Notes: generated by a model from the letters alone, not told the origin. A stretch of DNA of 64,000 nucleotides from an uncultured Verrucomicrobiae bacterium (GCA_963837955.1 CAWIPH010000002.1:1088001-1152000); one strand, 5' to 3'. Positions 50,337 through 62,223 are shown, numbered from the stretch's first letter. Translations and numbers: made by a program.

Positions 50337-52208
50337 ATGAATACAAAAAGAACAGTCGTAGAAGAACTGTATACGCGATCCGTACGGCAACTTGCCGTCC
50401 TCGGCATCGCGGCATTTACCGGCGCCAATGCTTTAGCAGCAGGCAGCATCCTGATCGACAGCGATATCAGCCCGATGCTATCGAAATCAGAAGTCCTGGC
50501 GCATGTCGATTTGAACATGCCAATCAACACGGTGTTTGTTTTGCCGTTAAAAGACCCAGCAGGCGCTGAAAGTTATGCGATGCGAGTGAACACTCCCGGC
50601 GACCCGCTTTACCAGCAATACCTCACACCCGAAGAGTTCGGAGCCAAATTTGGTCCGAGCGAGACGGATTATGACGCTGTTTTGACCTGGGCTACCGGCA
50701 ACGGCCTCAAACCCGGCGAACCCAGTCGCAGCCGGACTACCTTGTCGCTGAATGGAACCGCGGCGCAGTTCGAAGCCCTTCTTCAGACGCGTATCAACAA
50801 CTATCGGGGACCTGATGGCAGGCTTTACTATTCGGCCGCAATCGCTCCCAGCGTTCCTGAAACCATCGCCCCCCGCGATAAAAGCGTTATCGGACTCTCC
50901 AGCTACAACAAATTCGCTCCGCTGGTTCGCGTCCACAAAGCTCGGCCTGGATTTCCCACCGAAGCCGCGGGAGGCACCGGCCCCCTGGGCGCTTATAGTG
51001 CGTCCGATTTGCGAACCGCCTATCAGATTCCTAAGTTCCCGGATGTACCCAAATTCGGAACAGTCGCTATTTATGAACAAGGCGGATTCACCGCAAGTGA
51101 TATTACGGCATACGAAAAACAGAACCGACTTCCGGACGTACCGGTGACTGTTCGAAGTGTCAACGGCTTTAACGGATCCGCCAATGATCCTACTATCGAG
51201 CTGGAAGCGGTTCTGGATATCGACATGGTCATTGGTATCAATCCGAAGATAAGTCAGGTTCTGGTCTATGAGGACGGTGACTCTGTATTTGCGACTTCAC
51301 TTCTGAACGCACTCACCGCGGTTGCTAATGACAACAAAGCGCACACTTTAAGCATTTCTTATGGTCTGGACGAGGGCATCCAGGGTAATTCGCAAATCGC
51401 AGCGGAGGGTGTTCTGTTCCAACAGCTCGCATCCGAAGGCATCACGGTGTTTGTGGCGGCCGGAGACAGAGGCGCCTACGGAGCTTCTGGCGTTGGTGAC
51501 AACGGTACTCCCGTAAGCTTAAATGTCGTGGACCCGGGCTCCCAGCCCTTCGTTACATCGGTTGGCGGGACGGCGCTCTTTACGGGGCCAAACCAGACCT
51601 ACGGTCACGAAGAAGTCTGGAATGCTCTCGGACAAAAGCCCCAATTTTCCAATGCCGGCGACGCAAGCGGGGGTGGCGTGAGCTCTTTTTGGAAGATCCC
51701 TTCCTACCAGTTGAACCCTAGTCTGAAGCGAGGCACTTCTGTTGCCACGGCCAATGGGGGCTCAGCGAAAATGCGTAATATTCCGGATGTAGCGGCAGAC
51801 GGAAGCCCTGACACGGGCGTCGCGGTATTCTCTTCTGTTAACGGAGGCTGGGTTCAGATTGGAGGCACCAGCGCCTCTGCGCCGATCTGGGCTGGATTTT
51901 CCAGCATTGTCGATTCGGCGTTGAGCTATGTCCGGCACGGACGGCTCGGATTCGTTAATCCGTCATTGTACGAGCTCATTTTTAAAGAAGAGAACGGCAT
52001 CCTGATCAATCCCGTTCTTGACATTAACGACGTTATTGATGGAACCAACGGCAATGCATTGCTGCTGGGAATCCCTGGATTCTTTGCCGGTCCCGGATAT
52101 GACAACTGCAGCGGTTGGGGGTCGATGAAGGGCGAAAGGCTTGCCTCTGAGATGCTAATAGGGTCACCTATCTTATCTCCGGTCCAACGCCGGCAGCACC
52201 TAACGTGA
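50337..52208 (+). CDS. S53 (sedolisin/kumamolisin) serine protease with prodomain; FN3-like tail out of frame
   Basis: Signal peptide, YQQYLTPEEF prodomain, EAVLD (Glu/Asp), AAGDRGA oxyanion Asp, GGTSASAP Ser, GYDNCSGWG. Confidence 0.9.
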   Translation: MNTKRTVVEELYTRSVRQLAVLGIAAFTGANALAAGSILIDSDISPMLSKSEVLAHVDLNMPINTVFVLPLKDPAGAESYAMRVNTPGDPLYQQYLTPEEFGAKFGPSETDYDAVLTWATGNGLKPGEPSRSRTTLSLNGTAAQFEALLQTRINNYRGPDGRLYYSAAIAPSVPETIAPRDKSVIGLSSYNKFAPLVRVHKARPGFPTEAAGGTGPLGAYSASDLRTAYQIPKFPDVPKFGTVAIYEQGGFTASDITAYEKQNRLPDVPVTVRSVNGFNGSANDPTIELEAVLDIDMVIGINPKISQVLVYEDGDSVFATSLLNALTAVANDNKAHTLSISYGLDEGIQGNSQIAAEGVLFQQLASEGITVFVAAGDRGAYGASGVGDNGTPVSLNVVDPGSQPFVTSVGGTALFTGPNQTYGHEEVWNALGQKPQFSNAGDASGGGVSSFWKIPSYQLNPSLKRGTSVATANGGSAKMRNIPDVAADGSPDTGVAVFSSVNGGWVQIGGTSASAPIWAGFSSIVDSALSYVRHGRLGFVNPSLYELIFKEENGILINPVLDINDVIDGTNGNALLLGIPGFFAGPGYDNCSGWGSMKGERLASEMLIGSPILSPVQRRQHLT

Positions 52209-52469
52209 GTGTCGTCACCGTAGGCGCCACCACCATCGATTTTAAATGGAATCCTGTTCCGCTAGCCACGGGATACATTTTCCAAGCTCTGACAGTTGAC
52301 TCTAACTTCAATATTTTGAGTAACGTTGCCTTCGTCACGCGAGGAACCACTATCAAACTGACGGGCCTTGCTCCGAATACTACTTATATAATCTCTGCCT
52401 ACGCCGTGAATGCGCACGGATCCGGCGTAGATAATCTCCCCACGATTACTCGGCTGCACATTAGTTAAC
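52142..52469 (+). repeat. ~330-bp direct repeat, copy 1 (protease linker plus FN3-like domain, two 1-nt deletions)
   Basis: Near-identical to 62207-62536; lacks one G in CCGGG near 52180 and one A near 52450. Confidence 0.93.
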
Positions 52470-52907
52470 CAGGCCTGCAATCTTTCCTTGCGCCTTTGCG
52501 TGAGGCTCTAACGGATCATTCCCAAGGATCATGGCCTCACCATACGAATTGTTGCCGGATTTCGGTAACGGATGTCCGCCGACAGAACTGCCAGCCCGGG
52601 ATCGGATGATCTGGAGCATCTTTTCGTTGTTCCCGGCAATTCCTCACACCATTCTTAGATGTGCTGATTCGAATCACGATTCGAACGTCTGTAATCAATC
52701 GACTTTCTCGGCGAATCTAACCGTTTTTTCTTGACGATAACTCTTTGGAGCCAACAAAAAGCGTTCTTTCTGAGCGATAGAAGTACCTAGACAGGTGTGC
52801 GACCTATTGCCGGAGACTCAAGAGTGAACAAGCCCGTTGCACCAGAAGAATCGGAGCTGTCCGGTACGTCTGGGATTCAGAACGAAAATCCAAAATCTCA
52901 TAGCCTC

Positions 52908-53580
52908 ATGAGTCGAGACCTTAATGATTCCCCTTCCTCTGATTTGCCTCCGGAATCCAGCCTGGCTCATCTCGAAGGCAATTCATTAGTCGCCTCGCGG
53001 CAATCTCAGCCGGCTTAACCGTGGCGGCACCACTTTCCCGCTCTGCTACTACTACGGAAGGAACGGCTTTAGAGGGCGAATCTCCGAAAAAGGGCACGGA
53101 GGGGAGCTTGGTAGAGATCAACTTCAAAGTGAACGGTCATCCTCAAAAACTTGAGGTAGATCCCCGAGTCACCTACTGGATGCTATCCGGGATCGTTTGG
53201 ATTTGACCGGGACGAAGAAAGGCTGTGATCGCGGTGCTTGTGGCGCTTGTACGGTCCATATCAACGGAAGACGAGTGCTCTCTTGTTTGACACTCGCGCT
53301 AATGGCACAAGGCGAAGAGATCACCACGATTGAGGGTTTAGCCAAGGGTGATTACTTACATCCGGTACAAGCCGCGTTCGTCGGTTGTGACGGTTTTCAA
53401 TGCGGATATTGCACCCCTGGTCAAATCATGTCCGCGGTGGGCTGTATCAACGAAGGCCACATCAGATCGGACACTGAGATTCAAGAATTTATGTCAGGAA
53501 ACCTATGCCGGTGTGGTGCGTATCCAAACATCGTTGATGCGATCAAAATGGCGGCAGGGCAGATGAAAGCAGGAGGGTAA
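52908..53580 (+). pseudogene. paoA: 2Fe-2S subunit of a PaoABC/xanthine dehydrogenase-family enzyme with Tat signal; two 1-nt frameshifts (possibly sequencing errors)
   Basis: SRRQFI Tat motif, VDPRVT-LLDAIRD, GTKKGCDRGACGAC, QCGYCTPG, NLCRCGAY. Confidence 0.8.
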
Positions 53581-53582
53581 CG

Positions 53583-54561
53583 ATGCGAACCTTTCACTTA
53601 CAAGGTTCCTTCCAGCATTCGGCAAGCTACGTCTGATTTCGGTCAGAATTCGGACTTTGTTGCTGGTGGAACGACGCTGATAGATCTGATGAAGCTCGAA
53701 GTAATGACGCCCTCGCAACTGGTGGACATCAATCGGTTACCAATGCGCGGGATCGAGTTGGCATCGGATGGCCTACGGATCGGTGCACTGGAAAAAATGA
53801 GTGATGTGGCAGAACACCCGGAGGTAGTAGCCAACTATCCAGTCATTTCCCAAGCGTTGCTTAAAAGTGCCTCCGCGCAGCTTCGCAACATGGCCAGCAT
53901 GGGAGGAAATCTTCTGCAACGGACTCGGTGTGGATATTTCCGAGATGTGAGCACACCATGCAATAAGCGTCAGCCGGGAAGCGGTTGTCCCGCGATTGAT
54001 GGCTGGAACCGGACGCACGCAATTCTTGGCACGAGCTCATCCTGTGTCGCTACTCATCCGAGCGACTTAGCTGTGGCATTGGTAGCCCTGGACGCTTCCA
54101 TTCTCCTACAAAGCGGGAACAACGATCGACTCGTGAAACTGGATGATTTTTATCTTGTTCCAGGTGAGACCCCAGACAAGGAGAATCAACTCAAACCGGG
54201 CGAGTTGATCACGGAGATTCGGGTTCCGCGACTACCATGGGCACAAAGGTCCGCCTACCTGAAGATCCGGGACCGTGAATCGTACGAGTTTGCGCTGGCT
54301 TCGGTTGCCGTGGCGCTCGACGTGGACGCAAACAATGTTCGAGATGCTCGAGTCGCCGTTGGAGGGGTGGGGACAAAACCGTGGAATCTTCCGAAAGTGC
54401 GGGACGCGCTAATCGGAAGGCCGTTGAACCAACAGACTTTCGAAGCCGCTGCGAAACTCGCGACCGAGGGTGCCAAGCCATTAAGACACAATGCATTCAA
54501 AGTTGAGCTTGTTCAGAGAACCATTGTTCGAGCGCTGATGAACCTGGGAGGCTTAGCGTGA
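53583..54561 (+). CDS. paoB: FAD-binding subunit (PaoB/YagS-like); one extra A near 53589 displaces the true start
   Basis: PFTY..FVAGGTTLIDLMK, ASAQLRNMASMGGNLLQRTRC, CNKR..GC, CVATHPSD. Confidence 0.82.
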
Positions 54562-56816
54562 GCACAGATGTTTTAGGTAAGCCCCACGATCGGATGGAGG
54601 GTCGGTTGAAAGTCACCGGAGGCCTGAGGTATTCGGGTGATCAGCCAATCGAAAACGTCGCCTATGGCTATCTTGTGACCAGCACTATCGCGCGAGGTGA
54701 GATCCGGGCGATGGACGTTTCTGAGACGGAGAAGTCGCCCGGCGTGGTGGCAGTCTATACCCCGTTTCATTCGCTAAAGCTCTATGACGGTCTAACTCAA
54801 GCGGAAGGAGCCAACAGTGGCGAGATCGATCCGCCGCTCCAGGATAACAAAATTCGATACTATGGTCAGATCATTGCATTAGTGGTCGCCGACTCGTTCG
54901 AGCAGGCCCGTGATGCCGCGGCTCGCGTAAAGGTGGATTACAAAGAGGAGCATCCGGTGGCCAGCTGGGAGGCAGGACTGACGCATGCATTTCCTCCGGC
55001 AGCAGTAGACGGCCAGAAACCCGCGGTAGCAATTCTCGCCAATGGGGTATCGTCGATCGACGACGTTATTCAAGGAACTGAAGTTGTACTTGAGGCGACT
55101 TATACAGAACCGATCTATCACCACAATCCGATGGAGCCGCATGCGACCACCGCGGTATGGGATGGCGATCGACTAACAACGTATGATGCGACTCAATTTG
55201 TGCCCGGGCAGCAACGAAATGTTGCGGCGATTCTGGGCGTGAATGAAGATAACGTACGGGTTATCTGTCCGTTCATTGGCGGCGGGTTCGGTAGTAAGCA
55301 GGCCGTTTGGACGCATTCGCCTCTCACTGCGGCAGCAGCGCGCGCTCTCAACCGGCCTATAAAGACGATTCTTACTCGCGAACAAATGTTCACGTTGACC
55401 GGCCATCGTCCCGCCCTCATCCAGCGTATTTCTTTGGCCGCAAACAGGGACGGTGTTCTCCAAGCGGTTAAACATGATGTGCATTCAACCGTAGGTTTTG
55501 CCGGCGTGTACGTCGAGGCCGCTGCCCAACGAACCTCTCGTTTCGTTTACAAGTCGCCGAATATCCAGGTGAGTCAGACATTGGTGCCACTCAACGTGGG
55601 AGCACCTACTTCCATGCGAGCACCGGGCGAAAGCCCAGGGATGTTTGCTCTTGAGTGTGCCATGGATGAGCTCGCCGTGAAGCTGGGGATGGATCCGATT
55701 GAGCTGCGAATGAAAAACTACGCAGAGGTTTATCCAGGAAGGAACGTTCCATATTCATCGAAAACTCTGGCGGAATCTTACCGGCTTGGAGCGGAAAGAT
55801 TCGGCTGGTCGAGGCGAAACCCAAAACCTGGTTCAGTCAACGATGGTGACTGGCTGGTAGGAATGGGAATGGCAACTGCAGTTTATCCGGGTCACCGCAG
55901 CAAGTCATCGGCCAAAGTCAGACTTCAGGCAGATGGAACAGCACAAGTGTCCTTGGCGACGGAGGACCTCGGGACTGGGATGTGGACGGTGGTAGCCATC
56001 ATCGGCGCGCAAAGTCTAGGCCTGCCGATAGAGAGAGTTCGTCCGGAAATAGGTGACTCAGCCCTTCCCCCGGCCCCGGTTGCTGGCGGTTCGCAGTCCA
56101 CTGCAAGTGTCGGTCCAGCAATTCAGAAAGCCGCCGAATCGGCAAAAACGAAGCTGATTCAGCTCGCAGTTCGGGACAAGAAGTCGCCTTTCAGCGGAAT
56201 GAAGGATGTTTCGTACGAAAACGGGCAGCTCCTCGGAGGAGGAAAGCGGGCAGACTTTGGTACGGTTTTGAATGCCATTGGCCGCGGATCAGTGGAAGCG
56301 GTAGAGACTGCGGCGTCTGGCGACGAACAAGAAAAATATGCGTTTTACTCTTTCGGAGCGCAGTTCTGCGAAGTCGCAGTCAATCAATGGACTTTCGAGA
56401 TAAGGGTCAAGCGAGTGACAACGGTCATGGACATCGGCACGGTAGTAAATCCCAAGACTGCACGGAGCCAGGTGATCGGTGGAATTGTGTTCGGCATTGG
56501 AATGGCTCTCCTGGAGGGTTCACACCTGGAGGAAACGACTGGACGCTATGCGAACGGCAATTTTGCTGACTACCTGGTAGCTACTAACGCCGACGTGCCG
56601 TACATCGATGTCCATTTTATCGGTAAGCCGGACACGATTTTCAATCCAGTTGGAGCTCGTGGGGCCGGCGAAATCGGTGTAACCGGAATCCCGGCAGCAA
56701 TTGCTAACGCGGTTTATAACGCGACCGGGCGGCGTGTGCGCGATTTTCCGATCACACTGGATAAACTTCTCCTCCCGACCCATGGCTTGGAAAGAGCTAC
56801 GGCAGATGATGTCTGA
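54558..56816 (+). CDS. paoC: Molybdopterin-binding large subunit (PaoC/YagR-like)
   Basis: HNPMEPHA, IGGGFGSK, MRAPGE, AGGSQST, GARGAGEIG. Confidence 0.88.
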   Translation: MSTDVLGKPHDRMEGRLKVTGGLRYSGDQPIENVAYGYLVTSTIARGEIRAMDVSETEKSPGVVAVYTPFHSLKLYDGLTQAEGANSGEIDPPLQDNKIRYYGQIIALVVADSFEQARDAAARVKVDYKEEHPVASWEAGLTHAFPPAAVDGQKPAVAILANGVSSIDDVIQGTEVVLEATYTEPIYHHNPMEPHATTAVWDGDRLTTYDATQFVPGQQRNVAAILGVNEDNVRVICPFIGGGFGSKQAVWTHSPLTAAAARALNRPIKTILTREQMFTLTGHRPALIQRISLAANRDGVLQAVKHDVHSTVGFAGVYVEAAAQRTSRFVYKSPNIQVSQTLVPLNVGAPTSMRAPGESPGMFALECAMDELAVKLGMDPIELRMKNYAEVYPGRNVPYSSKTLAESYRLGAERFGWSRRNPKPGSVNDGDWLVGMGMATAVYPGHRSKSSAKVRLQADGTAQVSLATEDLGTGMWTVVAIIGAQSLGLPIERVRPEIGDSALPPAPVAGGSQSTASVGPAIQKAAESAKTKLIQLAVRDKKSPFSGMKDVSYENGQLLGGGKRADFGTVLNAIGRGSVEAVETAASGDEQEKYAFYSFGAQFCEVAVNQWTFEIRVKRVTTVMDIGTVVNPKTARSQVIGGIVFGIGMALLEGSHLEETTGRYANGNFADYLVATNADVPYIDVHFIGKPDTIFNPVGARGAGEIGVTGIPAAIANAVYNATGRRVRDFPITLDKLLLPTHGLERATADDV

Positions 56817-57048
56817 GTTCGAGTGAAGTGACAAGCCGAAACCCTGCGTCCTTTAGACGCCGCAGCTGTGTTGACACCTCCGGATGCGGCGGTAGCGAGA
56901 GCATCCCTTTCAGGATTTGTTCGCGATCGCCCTGAGACACTTTCACCCCTCGGTAGGTAGCGACCATATCGAGAGCCGCCCCACCCAGTGTAGCGAGTTC
57001 CAAATAATAAAGCTCGTGACAGTTCGACGTGTGTAGGCCTGAGGCCAT
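56797..57048 (-). pseudogene. Fragment of a type II haloacid dehalogenase (HAD)
   Basis: LGGAALDMVA..EQILKGMLSLPPHPEV..LRRLKDAGFRLVT; lacks both ends. Confidence 0.65.
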
Positions 57049-57310
57049 AGCCGACTTTTGTGGATGAGCAGATAAAGAAAGGCGCGTACTTCCCGAGAAA
57101 TAAAAACAACGTTGTTTCAGAGAAGCTAAGTGCTCTTTCCCAATTACCCGGAAGAGTCGTTCACCATCTAGTCATTTGGTTAGTTATTGTTCATCCTTCT
57201 GTGCGATTGCGAAGCCGGTCCCCATCTATCAGACTTAGTTTGTCAGGGACATCAAAGATAGCGCGAGGAATTCCTTGAGCTGCTTATGCACCAGTCACAG
57301 GAGATAAATA

Positions 57311-57709
57311 GTGAGTTGCCCAGAGCTACTTAATCGGTTGCATGACTTTCGGAGAGACTTCAACACGATAAACCGGTGGAAATTTCCTAAACTATCACCG
57401 GCCCCGCTGCAGAAATGGTTAAATTTCAATCTGGGCCAGGTTGATTATGCCGAGTTTCGCACGCGCCGAATGGATGTGGGGCCGAAAGCCCAGTCGCCCC
57501 TCGGAAAGAGTATGTCTGTCTACGTACTCCTGGTTTTCGTAGGATTGCTTCTTCTTTTGTTCCCAAGTTTCGGCATCCCCTTCGCGGCTGCTTGGTATCT
57601 TGCGATGTTTATCGCAATTGCTCATGACGCAGTTCGCAGCGCCCGCTGGAGGCGCGAGTCCGAAGTTAGTATCGTTCGCGTCATTCGAAGTAGTAGGAAG
57701 GTGAAATAA
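57311..57709 (+). CDS. Hypothetical membrane protein
   Basis: Two adjacent hydrophobic helices in the C-terminal half; start uncertain. Confidence 0.4.
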   Translation: MSCPELLNRLHDFRRDFNTINRWKFPKLSPAPLQKWLNFNLGQVDYAEFRTRRMDVGPKAQSPLGKSMSVYVLLVFVGLLLLLFPSFGIPFAAAWYLAMFIAIAHDAVRSARWRRESEVSIVRVIRSSRKVK

Positions 57710-57829
57710 TGCCGCGGGCAGTGAGTGAAAGAGATTGGTGCTTCAGGTGCTCGGAGCATACCCAACCGGAGATACCGCTTAGTCAAGAATAGGCGGAGTT
57801 TTTAAACGTTAAGATAAATAAGAAAAAGA

Positions 57830-58833
57830 ATGAAATATCGACCATTAGGAAAATCTGGAATCCAAGCTTCGGTGGTGGGCTTCGGCGCCTGGGCAATAGG
57901 CGGATGGATGTGGGGTGGCACTAAGAAGAACGATCCGGAAGGAGCGATTCACGCAGCCATTGATCACGGAATCAACTTGATTGATACCGCTCCCATGTAC
58001 GGTTTCGGCAAGTCGGAAGAGCTTGTCGGCGACGCTCTGAAGGGCATACGCGATAAGGTCGTGCTCGCAACTAAGTGTGGCATGGTCTGGTACAAAAAAG
58101 AGGGCGACAAATTTTTCGACGCTAACGAAACAGGCGAGGCAGAAACCGAAGAGGATAAAAAGTACGAAGTCTATATTAATCTTCGTCCGGCAATGATTCG
58201 GTACGAGATTGAACAGAGTCTTCGCCGGCCAAGACTGATTGGATTGATCTTTACCAAACCCATTGGCAAGACTCGACTACAAAGACCGAAGACGTGATGG
58301 CGGAGCTGATGAAGCTTAAACAGGAAGGCAAAATTCGCGCCATCGGTTGTTCGAACGCCACGATCGACCAGATGAAACGCTACCAAGCCGTTGGACAGCT
58401 CGATACCGATCAAGAGCAGTACTCCATGCTTCAGCGCCAACATGAAACGGACAACCTTTCGTTCTGTCGCGCGAACAATGTCGCGTTTCTTGCCTACTCG
58501 CCGATGGCACTCGGCATTCTGAGCGGAAAAATCGGTCCCGATCACGAGTTCGGCGAAGGAGATGTCCGTCGGGATAAACCCTGGTATCAAAAGGAAAACC
58601 GACCCAAGGTGGATGCACTCCTGGATGTCATTCGCTCGGTTGCAGAGGACAAAAGAATTACCATCGCTGAAACGGTTATAGCTTGGACTCTGGAACAGCC
58701 GGGCTGCTCGCACGCGTTGGTCGGCGCTCGCAATCCCGACCAGGCAATCGCCAACGCGAAAGCCGGCGAGGTTGAATTGACCGAGGAAGAGCTTTGGATG
58801 ATTCGCAAGGCGGTCAATCAAACTAAACTGTAA
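57830..58833 (+). pseudogene. Aldo/keto reductase with a 1-nt frameshift near 58228
   Basis: GFGAWAIGG, IDTAPMYG, LATKCG, SLRR-(L)KTDWIDLYQTHW, GKIRAIGCSN, AYSPMALG. Confidence 0.88.
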
Positions 58834-59149
58834 ATCGACTAATCGTAAGCCGGTGATCACGGATCACTCCCTGGCCAGCGACTATAGCAACACGGAGACC
58901 GCTCAATGAAAGTTTACGAGGTGGAATGTGGGGCAGTAATCACACTTACAGCAAAGGATATGCAAAAAGCTGCATTACATGGCGCGGCGGCTATTAAAGA
59001 TAATCCGCATCTGATTTATGTGAGAGCCGTTCACGAGAGGAATTTTGAACCCGCTTGGGAAGATCCTAGCGCGAAAAACTCACAAAGAGATTCAATATTT
59101 GCAACGCTACCGACCTGTCCCACTTTCTTTGTTGGAACAGTCTGAGTTC

Positions 59150-59404
59150 ACTGTGTTCGCTCAAGCCGTTGCCGTCGGCAAGGTTTCCGGAGGCGCTTTC
59201 AACCCCGTCGTCGCCATTGGCGTTGCTGTGCTGGGGCTGGCCAACGGGGCGAATCTCTGGATCTATTGGCTCAGCGAGTTTCTAGGTGCCGGTGTCGCGG
59301 CGTTTTACTTTCTCGTTGTTAATCTGGAAAAGCCACACGAGCCGTCAGTAGCCTTCCACGATAGAGCGCAGGAGCCAACTAACCAAATTATCCGCGCTGT
59401 GTAA
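59150..59404 (+). pseudogene. C-terminal fragment of an MIP/aquaporin
   Basis: AVGKVSGGAFNPVVAIG (second NPA-like box) and WIYWLSEFLGAGVAA; the N-terminal half is absent. Confidence 0.7.
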
Positions 59405-59504
59405 CGCCCGCCTGGCAGCGCGTCATAACTGGCTGCCGGCTCTATTATACCGAGACCGGAAATACCGGTCGAATCACACAATTAACTCTAACTAATTAAT
59501 GAAT

Positions 59505-60968
59505 ATGGCTAAAAAGAAAAAAACCGAACGCTTTACCAATGCAACCGGTGCTCCCGTACCGGACAACACAAATATTTTGACAGCCGGTCGTCGTGGTCCG
59601 GCTCTACTCCAGGACATCTGGCTGATCGAGAAGCTCGCACACTTTGATCGCGAGGTCATTCCTGAGCGCAGGATGCATGCCAAAGGCTGGGGGGCGCATG
59701 GAACTTTCACGACGACTCACGACGTCACAAAGTACACCAAGGCAGCGATTTTTTCGAAGATTGGAAAGCAGACGCCTATGTTCGCGCGCTTTTCGACCGT
59801 CGCTGGGGAACGCGGGGCGGCCGATGCGGAGCGCGATATCCGCGGGTTTGCTCTCAAGTTCTACACCGAGGAGGGAAATTGGGACATCGTCGGAAACAAT
59901 ACTCCAGTCTTTTTCTTCCGCGATCCTCTACGCTTCTCTGACCTCAACCACGCTATCAAGCGCGACCCCCGCACCGGTCTTCGGAGCGCTCAGAATAACT
60001 GGGACTTCTGGACTCTTCTTCCAGAGGCACTCCATCAGGTCACAATCGTCATGTCCGACCGCGGAATTCCAAAGTCCTTCCGGCATATGCATGGCTTCGG
60101 AAGTCACACCTTCTCGATGATCAATGCCGAGAACAAGCGCACTTGGGTGAAGTTCCACTTCCGCTCACAGCAAGGTATTGAAAATCTCACGGACGAAGCT
60201 ACTGCTGCGGTTGTGGCAAATGATCGGGAGAGCCATGGCCGAGATCTATTGGAGGCAATCGAACGTGGAGATTTTCCGCGTTGGACGCTCTTCATCCAGG
60301 TAATGACAGAGCAACAGGCAAAGACACATAAGCACAATCCTTTTGATGTGACCAAAGTCTGGCCCAAGGCTGACTACCCGCTGATCGAAGTTGGTGTAAT
60401 GGAGCTCAATCGTTATCCGGAAAACTACTTCGCAGAGGTGGAGCAAGCCGCCTTCTCCCCGGCGAATGTGGTTCCCGGAATTGGCTTCTCTCCTGACAAG
60501 ATGCTCCAGGGCCGGCTGTTCTCTTATGGAGATACCCAGCGATACCGCCTCGGTGTTAACTTCAATCACATCCCTGTTAACGCGCCGAAGTGTCCATTCC
60601 ACTCCTATCACCGCGATGGCCAGATGCGCACAGATGGAAACCTGGGAGCGACGACGACTTATAACCCGAATAGCCAGGGATTGTGGGACAACCAACCGGA
60701 ATACGCTGAGCCGCCGCTCACGCTCGAAGGCGACGCTAGTCACTATGACCACCGCTTAGAGGATGATCACTGGGAGCAACCGGGCGATCTCTTCCGGAAG
60801 ATGACCCCTAAGCAAAAGCAGTTGCTCTTCGACAACACGGCTCGCGCGATCAATGGCGCCTCTCAGGAGGTCCTGGAGCGGCATGTTGCGAACTGCAGAA
60901 GAGCCGATCCTGCCTATGGCGATGGTGTGGCACGAGCATTGAAGCTGAATGTTGCAAAGGCCGCCTAA
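59505..60968 (+). CDS. Second monofunctional small-subunit heme catalase
   Basis: [39 protein letters not shown]. Confidence 0.96.
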   Translation: MAKKKKTERFTNATGAPVPDNTNILTAGRRGPALLQDIWLIEKLAHFDREVIPERRMHAKGWGAHGTFTTTHDVTKYTKAAIFSKIGKQTPMFARFSTVAGERGAADAERDIRGFALKFYTEEGNWDIVGNNTPVFFFRDPLRFSDLNHAIKRDPRTGLRSAQNNWDFWTLLPEALHQVTIVMSDRGIPKSFRHMHGFGSHTFSMINAENKRTWVKFHFRSQQGIENLTDEATAAVVANDRESHGRDLLEAIERGDFPRWTLFIQVMTEQQAKTHKHNPFDVTKVWPKADYPLIEVGVMELNRYPENYFAEVEQAAFSPANVVPGIGFSPDKMLQGRLFSYGDTQRYRLGVNFNHIPVNAPKCPFHSYHRDGQMRTDGNLGATTTYNPNSQGLWDNQPEYAEPPLTLEGDASHYDHRLEDDHWEQPGDLFRKMTPKQKQLLFDNTARAINGASQEVLERHVANCRRADPAYGDGVARALKLNVAKAA

Positions 60969-61107
60969 CATCACGGATCAGGCCTCCAACTTAACAGTTC
61001 TTTCTAGAAAGGAATGAGATTATGCGCATGCCTCGCGAACACCCAAAACCGGCCAGCTTTAGCGACTTAGGACGTTGACCGGATGGGGGAAGCTATCCTC
61101 CATCCGC

Positions 61108-61320
61108 GTGAGCAATGTCTTGAACGACGAAAAGAAACAGCAAGCGATCGAGCTGGGGCGGCTGGGCTGGTCGCTGCGACGGATTCAGAAGACCGTCGGG
61201 GTGCGTCGGGAGACGATCTCCGTCTACTTGAGAGCCGCGGGAATCGCAATGCGGCCGCCCCGCGGACAGATCATACCGGCAAAACCGGCCAGCCAGAGCG
61301 ATGAGGTGATCACCGACCTA
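61108..61320 (+). mobile_element. IS21-family transposase N-terminal remnant
   Basis: VSNVLNDEKKQQAIELGRLGWSLRRIQKTVGVRRETISVYL..AKPA..EVITD resembles IstA N-termini; no catalytic domain or istB. Confidence 0.65.
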
Positions 61321-61815
61321 TCTGTAATTACTCTTCATGGTCTCGGCTATCCGCTTGCTGGGATTTACTGGATGCTCCAGCGTGGATGCCGGGGCAGGAA
61401 AAGGATTCCACACTGCATTGATCGGAAAGATGAATCCCCAGCCCAATCAGAATGAGGATGTTGTGGCAGCGAACCGAGATTGGTATCAGATGAGATGAGC
61501 GAATAGGAATCGCTGTCGGCGGTCCCGATCCATCCACCGCATCCTGATTGTCAGAAAAGTTGATCCTAGATCCACAAGATTCTCCACTGACTAGTTTTTA
61601 GAGGCTCGGGCTCAGCATCACCAGCTAGAAATATTGTCAAAAATCAGAATCAATTTCGATATTTTGAAGAGCCTGAGCAGAAAAACGGTCGATATGTTAA
61701 ACAAGGGCGAGAGATAGAGCGCTCCGCCTGGCGAAAGCTTCTAAAGGAAATATCCAACACAAGTTCAAGGAGAGCGCCAACCGCTGACCGTAAAATTCTT
61801 TTTAGGCGCACCCCA

Positions 61816-62223
61816 ATGGAGCGAGCAGAGATCGCCGAACTGTTTTACAACGCTCTCATTAATTTGAACGATCTTGAAATGATGGATCGATTCCTGTCAG
61901 CCAGGGTTCAATGGACCCTCTCGGCAGCTGATCCCCACACTTTGGGTGAGGAATCCCCTCCGAATGCCATTACATTTTCCGGGAAGCAAGGTTGCCGACA
62001 ATTGGCGCTGTATTTCCAAGAGAGCTTAAAAGTGTCTTCCGGAGATCTCACAGGCTGTATTAGCCACCATCAACTGGTTTTCGTATTCGGAAGGGTGCGA
62101 TTGGGCGAGCCTGCCGGCGATCGGTTCGCAGAAACTAACCTCGCCGCCAGGCTCACATTCCACGGCTCTAAGATCATCAAAGGCCAGATAAGAATTTCAT
62201 GGCCGCTGCCTCTGAGATGCTAA
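61816..62223 (+). CDS. NTF2/SnoaL-like hypothetical protein
   Basis: AELFYNAL..DL..FLS..VQW, FSGKQG, VFVFGRV, LTFHGSKI; the last codons overlap repeat copy 2. Confidence 0.6.
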   Translation: MERAEIAELFYNALINLNDLEMMDRFLSARVQWTLSAADPHTLGEESPPNAITFSGKQGCRQLALYFQESLKVSSGDLTGCISHHQLVFVFGRVRLGEPAGDRFAETNLAARLTFHGSKIIKGQIRISWPLPLRC

